A stretch of 64,000 bases of DNA from Candidatus Latescibacterota bacterium (GCA_965243025.1 CBDETY010000003.1:1024001-1088000); one strand, 5' to 3'; counted from the first letter of the stretch, positions 9,461-18,950 are shown. Notes: generated by a model not told the origin, from the letters alone. Numbers and translations: made by a program.

Positions 9461-9644
9461 TCTCCTTATTTCATAGGTGGATTGTCGGTGGACACCGACA
9501 GAAGGGCGCAGAACGGCCCTGTGCCGGCCTTGAAACGGGAGCCGGGAGCAGGGCGTTGACAGGGTTTTTCGGGTTCGGTGAGGAATCCCGTGGGGGAATT
9601 CAGCGAGTCGGGAGCGGCAACTGCGTCTGCTTCACTTCATGGCA

Positions 9645-9903
9645 CCTGAGCAGGGACCCGAGGGAGCGAAAAAGCCCTCGAGAGGGCCCCTGGCCGGCGA
9701 CACCTTCCCTGTCCTGCCTGATTCCTGACGCCCGGGCGGAGTTCCTGCCGGAGAAGGATCCCTTCGATCTCAGGAACGACAACGGGAAGGGGTGGAAAAA
9801 CGTATTCCGAGGCCCGAACGGCACCGGGTCGCCCCCGTGCCCCGAGATCATACCGCCTATGTCTACGCGCGACCGAGACGGCGACGGGTGGGTCTGTGAG
9901 TGA
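9645..9903 (+). pseudogene. Decayed 3' part of an HNH gene paralogue with Excalibur-like Ca-binding tail
   Basis: 9645-9730 aligns with 3710-3795; downstream frames give NDNGKG...VAPVPRDHTAYVY...RDRDGDGWVCE-stop. Confidence 0.7.
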
Positions 9904-10079
9904 ATGGAAATCCCCTTGGCGGCGGTGGGGGCGGAGCAGAAAACGGGGATTCGGTGGGATGCCGTCCTTCGGATCGCGGAAAGCGTGCAGTTCCAGATCC
10001 TGCGAAGAGGGGAGTAAACGCCCTTCTACAATAGTCATACCCGATTTTTTCTGAATTCGCGCTTCTTTTCAGGCACTCC

Positions 10080-10446
10080 ACCGGTCCGCAGTTAGCAGGA
10101 CTTTTAGCCGGTCGATCTCCCCGCCGTTCCGCGGTCCTCTTTGCCCACGGGCACCGTTGGTCCTCGGTCCCCTGCAGCCTGTCGGGGGAGCTTCCGGCGC
10201 GGACTCGATGTCCAGGGGAGTGCCGTCGCCCCGGTGGCTTCCTCCGGCTTTCCGGATGAGGTGTCCCTTCCGTCTCCATGTCGGGTTCGGTCTCCTTGGC
10301 CTGCCCCTCGCGCTTCGAAGGGACAGGGGCGGAGCCTTCAAGGGGCCTGATCCATGGAGGTAAATTGCCCAAGTTGGGTAAAATCAAAGCTCTTTGCGGT
10401 CTGGATTCATCGATCCGCCACGCTCCGGGGTGATGCCCTCGGACAC
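10080..10446 (-). pseudogene. Decayed paralogue 1 of the DUF3102-like gene at 11962-12933
   Basis: Minus strand gtccgagggcatcaccccggagc...gagctttgattttacccaacttgggcaatttacctccatggatcagg aligns with 12267-12365 and onward. Confidence 0.75.
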
Positions 10447-10504
10447 GGTGGCGTTCCCTTGCGGAAACAGGTCAGACCGATCCCGGACAAGGTCTCCCCA
10501 GGAG

Positions 10505-10605
10505 ACGGAAACAAGGCCTGAGCATGGACCCGAGGGAGCGGAAGGCACTTGAGATGGCCCTGGCCCGCGGCACCCTCCCTGTCCTTCCTGATTCCCTGGA
10601 GGTCC
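10505..10605 (+). repeat. Third degenerate copy of the HNH gene 3' linker region
   Basis: ggcctgagcatggacccgagggagcggaaggcacttgagatggccctggcc... matches 3709-3800. Confidence 0.8.
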
Positions 10606-10759
10606 AAGCGAAAATGGAAACCGCCTTGGTGGCGGAGTAGGAAACCGGGATCCGGAACCGCTGAAACGGGCAGTGGCAGATCCTGCCGGGAAAGGGGATA
10701 AATCCTTTCCACTATCATGTTATACCAGATTTTTGGCGAAATCGCGCATTGATCGGGCT

Positions 10760-11297
10760 TTCCTCCGTCGCACCAGGCAGGCACTTGAGCCGATTTGTTT
10801 TTCCCGAGCGCAGCTCCGCGATCCTCTTTTTCTTGCCCAGGGAACCGTTGATCTTCCGTCTTCTGCAGCCTGTGGGGGAGTTGAATCTTCCTGCACGGAC
10901 TCGGGGAAGCTGCGCATGGAACCGCCGTCGGTTTGACTTGCTGGACGGAAGAAAAGCCTCCCCTCGGTCTCAAATCTCGGGTTCGACCTTCCTGGCCGAC
11001 ACCTTGAGCTTCGGACGGGGCGGCATAACCTTCAACCCGATCCAATTTCCCACGTGGGAAAAATCCGCTGCTGTAAGATCTGCATCGGTAATCAGCAGGC
11101 CCTGTTTCTCGGGTGGTGCCGACGGCCTCGGCTCTTCTCGTCTTCGAGATAACCTGCCGCGTGCACCACCGCTGAGTATCGTAGGCCGCCCCTGCAGTCT
11201 CTGAGTTCGTCACGCCCATAGCTCGGTCTTTCCAGGCTCTTCGTTGGGCCGCTTCCCCGAGTTCGTTCCGCTCGGGCTCCCGACCTTTCCCCCCATA
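10760..11297 (-). pseudogene. Decayed paralogue 2 of the DUF3102-like gene
   Basis: Minus strand ttgaaggttatgccgccccgtccgaagctcaaggtgtcggccaggaaggtcgaacc aligns with 12367-12422; further blocks align up- and downstream. Confidence 0.7.
11046..11061. promoter_or_regulatory. Perfect 16-bp palindrome TTTCCCACGTGGGAAA (candidate protein-binding site)
   Basis: Direct reading; CACGTG core as in parS sites. Confidence 0.5.
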
Positions 11298-11961
11298 ACC
11301 CTCAAAACCCGATCTCCTGCCCTCCCAAGGGCTTTGCGCAGGCGGGTTCTTTCAGGGCCCGCACCCACAGGCTGGATCCGCTTCCAGCGCACCTCGTCGC
11401 GCGACCTCCTGAAACCGGAAGAAGATCCAGCCTGCAACCGGGGGAATCCTCGGAAGCAGCCCGGATGTCTTCCGCAGGATCTCCTCGTCCGCGAGGCCTT
11501 TCCCATCGAGGAACAGGCATCACCAGATGGTATCCCTCAGCGCCACCTTGACGCTCCGTTCCTGAAATCTCCGGGGTAACGACGCGAAGTGTGTCTTCTC
11601 CGCCTCGATTCGGTTGACCCGAGACCTCCTCGCCTCCCCTGACCTGCCGCTTGCAGAAGCTAAAGTTTCCCGACGCCATTACGGGGTTTTGCCAATTCCT
11701 CTCAAGGTCCATTTGCTTTTTTAGTCCAGCCAGGTACAATAGAAGCATATGGATCGCCGGAGGCAGGCAGCATCTGCTGCCGCTTCCAAAGTCCCTTCTG
11801 TCGCTGACCCGCCGCCAGAGTCACCTTCCAACCGGGTTCCGTATGGGAGTCGGACCCGGAAAACATTCAAGGGGATGAGGATACCGAAGACGATGACCGA
11901 ATTTCGATTAAGGAGGATTAACTTATTGTAAATAAACATGTTGCAGTAATTTTCACCGCCG

Positions 11962-12933
11962 GTGAATACATCACATGACGAGAAAATCACAAGGAGAGGA
12001 ATCATCAAAGTGAAAACAAATCAAATACAGGAAACCACGATGAAAACAGATCAACAGAAGGAACCCATGGAAAAGAAACCGGAAGTAACTTCGACGACCA
12101 ATACAGAAAGCGCCGGCCCGAACGAGGCTAAGGGTCGAGCTCTCAAGCGTTGGAAATCGTACAATCGATACGGCAGGAAAACCACCGTGGAAGGCTGGTA
12201 TTGCGGCGGAGACTTGGAGGAGGTTTTCCAGGGGCTTGGGCCCGGAGAGTGGGGAGATTGGCTTGAGTCCGTCGGCATCACCCGGAGCACGGCTGATCGG
12301 TTGAGACTGCTCTCAAGGAGCTATGATTTGGCCCAGGTTGAGGAATTTACCTCTGTGGACCAGGCTTTGAAGGCTTTGGCCGCCCGTTCGAAGCGCAAGA
12401 AGGCGCCCGGGAAGGTCGAACCGAAGGTGGAGACAAAGGGGGAGGCCTCATCCGTCGAGAAGGAGGAAGTCACCGGCGGCGACGGCACTCCGCGGCTTCC
12501 CGTCGAAGGCGAGTCCGCGCAGGAGATTCAGCAGCTCCGCGACAAGCTGCGCGAGGCCGAGGATCGACAGCGCAAGGCCGAGGATCGACAGCGCAAGGCC
12601 GAGGATAAACAGCGCGCGGCGGAGAAAGAGACCGCCGAACTGCGCGAGAAGCTGCGCGAAACCGAGGATGAACTGGGCGTTGCCCAGAAAAGGATCGCCG
12701 AGCTGCTCCAGAAAAACAAGCAGTCCAAACGCCAGCCTGAGGAAAAGGGGACTCCCAAGGAAACAACTTCAGTCGATCGGCAGCAGATATACCACCACGA
12801 CGCCTTTGCCGTACCCCGCGAACATCCGGAGTCGGACGGAGCAAGGACGACCGCAGCGCCTGTATCCGGGAAAACACCGACCCCTCAGCACCCCGAGACC
12901 GGGACCGCCCTACCGGTAAGTGAAGGCAAGTAG
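11962..12933 (+). CDS. DUF3102-like DNA-binding protein with coiled coil (likely start 12040 or 12067)
   Basis: WYCGGDL....GPGEWGDWLESVGITRSTADRLRLL resembles DUF3102; heptad coiled coil follows. Confidence 0.6.
   Translation: MNTSHDEKITRRGIIKVKTNQIQETTMKTDQQKEPMEKKPEVTSTTNTESAGPNEAKGRALKRWKSYNRYGRKTTVEGWYCGGDLEEVFQGLGPGEWGDWLESVGITRSTADRLRLLSRSYDLAQVEEFTSVDQALKALAARSKRKKAPGKVEPKVETKGEASSVEKEEVTGGDGTPRLPVEGESAQEIQQLRDKLREAEDRQRKAEDRQRKAEDKQRAAEKETAELREKLRETEDELGVAQKRIAELLQKNKQSKRQPEEKGTPKETTSVDRQQIYHHDAFAVPREHPESDGARTTAAPVSGKTPTPQHPETGTALPVSEGK
12556..12618 (+). repeat. 3 x 21-bp in-frame tandem repeat (AEDRQRK heptad)
   Basis: gccgaggatcgacagcgcaag twice, then gccgaggataaacagcgcgcg. Confidence 0.9.
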
Positions 12934-14151
12934 GGCACGGCGCATTCCCGGTGGACCCAGGCTCTTCCCCCTCCCGATTGGCCTTCTGCGGTCGGGCCAG
13001 GCACCGGCAGTTCAGGAGCCCTGCGCGCCTTCGCATCAAGGATTCCTGCACGTCCCCTGGAGCCGGACCTCCGAGGTCGATGGGGAACGGCCAATCCAAC
13101 ACCTCCTGCCTGAAGCGGTCCCATGCTTTCCGAGAGCAGACGTGAGAATCCATCCTCGAAGGCATGGGTCCCTTCCTGCAGGTACTGATTTGCCCGGCCT
13201 GTCCTCAAGTCAATCGGAATGCCGGTGTGGACCCGTCCAAGGCGCGGTCCCGTCATTCAGCTCCCTGAATGCCCGCATCGACCCCTCGGTGGCCCTCTCC
13301 GGGGCCTGCAAGGGGGTCGTCCTGGAAAACGCGGAATCACCTTCCAACGGGACCGGCACCTGTTTTTCATCGGCCGGATCGTCCGCCTCTCCCCTGAAAG
13401 ACCCGACCGGGATCAGCGGAGCGTCGGTCCGGCAGCCCCGGCGGTTCCTCTGCCCGGTTGCCAGGACCAATCCGGCTCGATGACCCCTTCGCAATCCATT
13501 CTGAGGGTCCTGTGGTCTTTTCGAGCCGGCGGCGGTCAAAGAGGTTCCCGGCGGTTCACCGGACAACCTCGGCCCCTGCCGCATCGACGGGGACCCCGTC
13601 GATTCACCCCTGGCAGACGGCACGATTCCTGCTCCGGTCATCCAGATGAAGTGCGGGACCCGGGTCTTCATCGCCGGGGCCTCAAGGCCCCCTTGAGGGT
13701 TCCTGGTGCTCTATTTCCAGAACCAATCCGGTTGGGGTGACGCCTTCGCAATCCGCCAGGTCCGGCCTCCACGACAGCTGGGGCTCCGGCCCTGACGTTG
13801 CTTCTACTCGCTGGAGTTTTTTCGCCGAAGGTGCTGGTTTTGAAAAGGGGAAGAGGGTATCGGACAACGCACCAGCGATAATATCCCTAAGGGTACGAAT
13901 GAGGTATACCGGGATCGGATAGAACAACCCGTTTGGTCGCTTGGCAGGGGGGCTTCATGTTTCCAAAGATCATTTGGCGTAACCCCATTGATTACAGGAA
14001 GTTATAGACAAAAAAAGGCGGCCGGTCAGACCACGACGAGGTGGATCCCCCTCCTCCAGTTCAGCCAAATTCTGGAAATTTTTTCCAGTGTCTTGTATTA
14101 AATAAATATATACCCGGACCTTAATTTATCTGTAATTCCCTTAAATTACCC

Positions 14152-16050
14152 TTGCTTTTTTTTGTATATAATTCCCCCAACATCAAACTGTGGAACGTGG
14201 CGAACCAAAGCCTTATCACTACCCTTCCCGGACATACGGGTGGGCCTACTGGGATCCATTCTCTTGCGTTTTCGCCCAGCGGGGACACCCTCGCTTCAGG
14301 CTCGGGGGATCAGACGATCAAGCTGTGGGATGTGGGGAACCAGTCCCTTATCGCCACCCTCACCGGGCATACGGGTCATGTCTTCTCGGTGGCCTTCTCG
14401 CCCGACGGGACGCTCGCTTCGGGATCGCGGGACGGCACGGTCAAGCTGTGGGACGCGGCATCGCAAACCAACACCGCCACCCTGGAGGGGAATACCGGCC
14501 GGGTCCTCGACGTGGCGTTTTCCCCCGACGGGACCATCCTCGCCTCGAGCACGGACGACGGGATGCTGTTGTGGGACGTGGCGGCAAAAAATACCATCGC
14601 CACCCTCCAGGGGCATGGAGAGGCCTCGTTTTCCCCGGACGGGACCATACTTGCCTCCGGTGCAAGGCTGGGCGAGGTCCTGCTGTGGGACGTGGCGACG
14701 AAAGCAGTCACCGCAAAACTCGGGCATCCCGACCGGCTGGAGGACTCCTGGGGTTTCGGGATCAACGGGGTGTTTTCTCCGGACGGTTCCCTGCTCGCTT
14801 CAGTTGGGCTGGACGGGATCGAGCTGTGGGACGCGTCCGAGTGGACGGGAGTCTCTCCTGTCACCTCGGTGCCCGCCCACCCGGACAGCGTCGCGCTGGC
14901 TGCGCTGTACAATTCCACCAACGGGGCGGGTTGGCAGAGAAGGACGAACTGGCTCGGCAGCAGGCCCCTCGGCGAGTGGGAAGGCGTCTCAACCAACGGC
15001 CTCGACCGCGTCAACGACCTGAGCCTCAGTTGGAACCGGTTGAGCGGGACGATACCGGCTGAGATAGGAGATCTCACCTTCCTGTCCTCCCTGTATCTCC
15101 ATGTCAACCAGTTGAGCGGCTCGATCCCTCCCGAGCTGGGCAACCTCTCGAATCTGATTTACCTGGAACTCTACAGTAACCGCTTGAGCGGACAGATTCC
15201 CTCGGAACTGGGCAATCTGTCCAGGCTGGAAGGACTGTGGCTCCATAGAAACCAGTTGAGCGGGTCCATACCGCCGGAGTTGGGGGACCTGACCAACCTG
15301 ACGAGCCTGGGTCTCTCCAACAACCAGCTGACCGGGTCCATACCGGCGGAGTTGGGAAACCTGACCAACCTGACGGGCCTGGGTCTCTCCAGCAACCAGC
15401 TGACAGGATCCATACCGGCGGAACTGGAGAACCTGACCAACCTGACTCGCCTGTACCTCGCCGGAAACCAGTTGACCGGGTGCATCCCCGCGGGCCTGCG
15501 GGACGTGGCGACCAACGACCTGGACCAGCTCGGTCTGTCCGACTGCGGTCAGGAGCAAACGCAAGCTTCGACGGATTTCAACGGCGACGGCAAGACCGAT
15601 TTCGTCGACTTCTTCCAGTTCGTCGACGCCTTCGGCAGCTCCGACGCCCGGTTTGACCTCAACGGCGACGGCAAGGTCGACTTCGTCGATTTCTTCCAGT
15701 TCGTCGACGCCTTCGGCTCGTCGGGGCAGGCCAAGCTGGTGGCCCTTGCCCAGGAGATGCTCGGTCTGCCGACGGTGCCCGAGTTGCAGCAGAACACCCC
15801 TAATCCCTTCAACAGCGAGACCGTAATCTCCTGGTTCCTGGCGAAGCCGGGTCCGGCGCGACTGGAGGTGTTCGCCCTTACCGGGCAGCGGCTGACGGTT
15901 CTTCACCAGGGGCCGCTGCAGGCCGGGTACCACCGCCTGCGCTGGGACGCCCGCGACGACGAAGGCCGGCCATTGGCCAGCGGGGTTTACCTCTACCGGC
16001 TGATGACGGCCGATGCCGTGGTGACCCACAAACTCACCTTGTTACGCTAA
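14152..16050 (+). CDS. WD40 + 24-aa LRR + twin dockerin-like EF-hand + FlgD-Ig C-terminal protein; 5' truncated
   Basis: GH...AFSPDG..LASGS.D.TIKLWD repeats; LxxLxLxxNxLSGxIPxELGN repeats; DFNGDGKTDFVDF x2; QNTPNPFNSET...ASGVYLYRL...KLTLLR; protein-like sequence starts mid-repeat at ~14179. Confidence 0.85.
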   Translation: MLFFVYNSPNIKLWNVANQSLITTLPGHTGGPTGIHSLAFSPSGDTLASGSGDQTIKLWDVGNQSLIATLTGHTGHVFSVAFSPDGTLASGSRDGTVKLWDAASQTNTATLEGNTGRVLDVAFSPDGTILASSTDDGMLLWDVAAKNTIATLQGHGEASFSPDGTILASGARLGEVLLWDVATKAVTAKLGHPDRLEDSWGFGINGVFSPDGSLLASVGLDGIELWDASEWTGVSPVTSVPAHPDSVALAALYNSTNGAGWQRRTNWLGSRPLGEWEGVSTNGLDRVNDLSLSWNRLSGTIPAEIGDLTFLSSLYLHVNQLSGSIPPELGNLSNLIYLELYSNRLSGQIPSELGNLSRLEGLWLHRNQLSGSIPPELGDLTNLTSLGLSNNQLTGSIPAELGNLTNLTGLGLSSNQLTGSIPAELENLTNLTRLYLAGNQLTGCIPAGLRDVATNDLDQLGLSDCGQEQTQASTDFNGDGKTDFVDFFQFVDAFGSSDARFDLNGDGKVDFVDFFQFVDAFGSSGQAKLVALAQEMLGLPTVPELQQNTPNPFNSETVISWFLAKPGPARLEVFALTGQRLTVLHQGPLQAGYHRLRWDARDDEGRPLASGVYLYRLMTADAVVTHKLTLLR

Positions 16051-16161
16051 GCCGTTCCTGGCGGAACAAGTCCAAAGCGAACCCCAAAATGCTTTGTAAT
16101 TCGGGCAGCTACACACAAACATAACAGCAGTCAACCCACCTGAAAGGATGAAGAGAACGTT

Positions 16162-16581
16162 ATGAAAAAGTTCGCTGCACTTTTTTTAGTCGCCGCCCTG
16201 GCGGCATGCGGAAAAGATGAGCCTGCCGGCTCCTCCCGGGACAACCCCCTCATTGGCACCTGGGAGATAACCGACGATGCTGGAACCGGGGGCACCGTGC
16301 GTCTGACCCTCCGGACGGATGGCACCTTTGAACTATTCATCGAGGCCTTCGGCTCGTCCATCACGACAACCGGAACTTATCAAGTCAACGGCGACAGGCT
16401 TCGGCTGGCCCCGGAGAAATCTACCATGGTCGACGAGGACGGTAACAAGCTGGAATTCACGTCGGAAGAAGAGCTTGCCGATGCCAGTCTGAATGGCACC
16501 TACGTCATCGAAGGTGACACCCTGTTCATCACTTTAACGGAGGACGGGGAGGAAATCGTCGTGGTATACCGCCGCATTTGA
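16162..16581 (+). CDS. Lipocalin-like lipoprotein
   Basis: Lipobox LAAC; LIGTW and GTY beta-barrel motifs. Confidence 0.75.
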   Translation: MKKFAALFLVAALAACGKDEPAGSSRDNPLIGTWEITDDAGTGGTVRLTLRTDGTFELFIEAFGSSITTTGTYQVNGDRLRLAPEKSTMVDEDGNKLEFTSEEELADASLNGTYVIEGDTLFITLTEDGEEIVVVYRRI

Positions 16582-16808
16582 TGCAGCAGCATCCAAAACA
16601 GAGGAGAGGGCTCGTGAATGGGAAGCTCTTACGCCTACAATATGCCGACCAACGGCGCCACAACGGACCCCAACGTCCCCGGGGCGCTCAGCTACGAGCT
16701 GGCCTGACCGATGGCACTCAGTACGACGTGCCGGTGGGAGCCGTCAACGGCGCCTGCGAAGGTTCTGGTCGGCAAATGCCATTGGAACAACCACGCAAGC
16801 GACCCGGC

Positions 16809-16940
16809 ACAAGCCACGACCGATTTTAACGGGATGCCTTCGACCAGTCGGGGCAGGCCAAGCTGCTGGCACTTGCCCAGGAGTTGATCGGCCTGCCTTC
16901 CGAAACCGAATTGCAGCAGAATTGGCCCAACCCATTCACC
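16809..16940 (+). pseudogene. Orphan, internally deleted dockerin-like/FlgD linker fragment
   Basis: Matches 15561-15585 joined to ~15705-15813 (gggcaggccaagctg...ttgcagcagaa...ccaacccattca). Confidence 0.75.
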
Positions 16941-17060
16941 AGATCCAGGCCGGGATTTCACGACCGAATGCCCCAGGATGTTTTTCAACAACGGACATTC
17001 TCTGACCGATTGGAACTTAAGTTCCGCGGACTTTCACCCCATTCCCAAAGGAGGGATGCC

Positions 17061-17293
17061 ATGAAGAAAATACTGATCGTCCTACTGCCACCGTGGCTAT
17101 CACCATAGGCGTAGGCTGTGATAGCGGCGAAGACTGTGATAGCGGGGGAGACTCCAATCCAACGTCGAGCTGCGGATCGGGCGGGTCGGACGGCGCGCAG
17201 CTCGGCAGCGGGTCCGACAGTGGCGGGTCTGACAGCGGTGGGTCTGACAGCGGCGGTTCAGGCGGCGGCGGGTCGGGCGGCGGGTCGTCCTGA
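17061..17293 (+). pseudogene. Small Gly/Ser-rich lipoprotein with a frameshift in the signal peptide
   Basis: MKKILIVLL / TVAITIGVGC DSG... with SDSGG 15-bp repeats. Confidence 0.55.
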
Positions 17294-17431
17294 TATCTGC
17301 ACTCGGACGGACCTAACACCGTCAAGCAAAGCAAAGCCCAGATACGGGGAGCCAGGATGACGCGGGCAGCCAAAAACCAACCGACCGTGGGGGGCAATAG
17401 CAGCCAGCAGTACCTGCAACAGTATTCTCGA

Positions 17432-18431
17432 ATGGTTTTACTCATTCTCGTACTTGCAGCTATCTCGACGCCTTCTGCTGCTCAACCAGACTCATCGAAA
17501 ACGCGACAACAAGAAATCAACCTTAAACGCTTGGGCTATGTAGGTGTCGGTTCTGCTGGTTTGCATTGGGCCGACTTCCGGTATCTGAAAATCATTTGGT
17601 TGCAAGGGGGAACAAGTTTCTCTCCGTTTCATTCACGATCGGGCTGGGGATACCTATCTCAATTTGGATCACGCCAGTCATTTCATGTGGGGGCTCTTTC
17701 TTGCACAAAGCACAACCGATCTTTATGCCTGGACAGGTTTTCCTCCACGCACCGCAGCTCTGCTCGGTTCTCTCAGCAGCATAGCTGATATGTTTTTTAT
17801 CGAGTACCGCGACGGACGTTATGGTCATTGGGGTTTCAGCATTCCGGATGCCACGGGAGATGTGCTCGGGGCCCTGGTTCCCCTGATCCACGAAAATATC
17901 CCGGCGACTCAAATGGTCCAATTCAAACTCAGCTATTTCCCCTCTCCGCTCTATCGCTATGGAAGCGTACGCCAAGCTAGTGGGCGTTCTAATGCCCCTT
18001 CGTTCATGGACGACTACGATGGGATGACGTTCTGGATCGTCATTAACCCCAAGCCTCTTCTACCGAAGCATGCCGCCGAGCGCTGGCCCGATTGGTTAGG
18101 AGTGGCTGTAGGAACCGGGGTGCAGGGACTGCACGGTTATGGCCGAAAAAGCCGCGCTCCCGACCGCTGGTATCCCGATTTGCCGGATGCGCAGCGCGAA
18201 ATCTACCTCTCGCTGGACTTCGACTTCGCACATCCGTTGGGCAATTTCGAGGTGCTGCGCAAATTTTCCCCCTACTTCCGTCTCCTCCGTTTCCCTACCC
18301 CCGCCCTTCGCATCCACCCCACGCGGACCTTTTTCTTTTTTTATTTTTTACCGCCAATACTTTCCATTACGGTGTGGTATCACTTCAGTAGCTGCAGATG
18401 CCACCCAAAGTTGTGCGTCGGAATGCTTTAA
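17432..18431 (+). pseudogene. DUF2279/YfiM-like exported protein, frameshifted
   Basis: Signal peptide in one frame; DHASHF, IEYRDG, WGFS..D..GD..G, KLSY, DDYDGMTFW, QREIYLSLD in another. Confidence 0.65.
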
Positions 18432-18800
18432 CCGATGGACAGAAGATCGCCTATCGAGAGCAATTCCCGACAAATACGGTTTGAGATGATCCTGGGGTTA
18501 CCGCGGCGTGGAATGATACTTTAGAAACGGAGCTTTGGATTTCGCCGCTGGAGCGCTGTTTGTTCCGGCCGTTTTGCTGAGGGTGTCGGCCAGCACCTTC
18601 CACGGGGCGATCTGACCCTGCGACGAATGCCCGTCGATCCCGCCCCCGCACCACAGTTGACAGACGAGCCGCCTGTTGAATCAGTCGCCGGACGGAACCG
18701 GTCCGAAACCCGGCAAATTAACGAGGCAACTCCAAATCGTTGGTGCGCAGATTGCGCCGCAGACGCTTGTGGTTGACGCGCTCCGACGGACCGTCGTTCA

Positions 18801-18950
18801 GTGCTGCACGAGCGGGCCGGGAAGGCGGGCGTTCACCTCGTGCACTGGGACGGCGGGACGACGGGGGCCGCGCAATGGCCAGCGGGGTGTACCTGTACCG
18901 GCTGGTCACAACCGATAACGTACAGACGCGCAAGCTCACCCTGCTTCGGT
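18801..18950 (+). pseudogene. Orphan FlgD-Ig C-terminal fragment
   Basis: VHWDG / GRAMASGVYLYRLVT..RKLTLLR, homologous to 15898-16047. Confidence 0.75.

Larger units (their letters stand above)
1..14178. mobile_element. Right-hand part of a decaying integrated mobile element (left end outside window)
   Basis: Cluster of transposase, RadC, DUF3560, XRE, Ku-like and phage-like ORFs with many frameshifts; ends in an AT-rich tract that abuts a 5'-truncated WD40 gene. Confidence 0.7.

Noticed and set aside
3699-10605. DGR hypothesis: RT plus repeats of the HNH gene 3' end (3699-3800, 9645-9730, 10505-10605) as VR/TR
   Set aside because: Differences involve all four bases and indels rather than adenines only; the RT lies within a complete group II intron with domains V/VI and a domain X maturase
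11046-11061. Chromosomal parS site
   Set aside because: Only 12 of 16 positions match TGTTCCACGTGGAACA, and it lies inside a decayed gene copy; not called parS without binding data
9500-11900. Large structured ncRNA or retron msr-msd next to the RT
   Set aside because: Most of the stretch is explained as decayed copies of two protein genes; the RT is intron-type
12556-12618. Short direct repeats as a CRISPR array (also LRR 72-bp repeats at ~15030-15490 and SDSGG repeats at ~17210-17260)
   Set aside because: No unique spacers; all are in-frame protein repeats; no cas genes
12940-13930. ORFs of 60-230 aa downstream of the DUF3102-like gene
   Set aside because: Overlapping, no motifs, no convincing ribosome-binding site; probably decayed sequence that I cannot assign
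13974-14007. Integron attC or dif site reading of the TAAC...GTTA motif
   Set aside because: Too short for an attC stem and a poor fit to RYYYAAC/GTTRRRY; arm spacing is longer than in dif; kept only as a generic recombinase-site candidate
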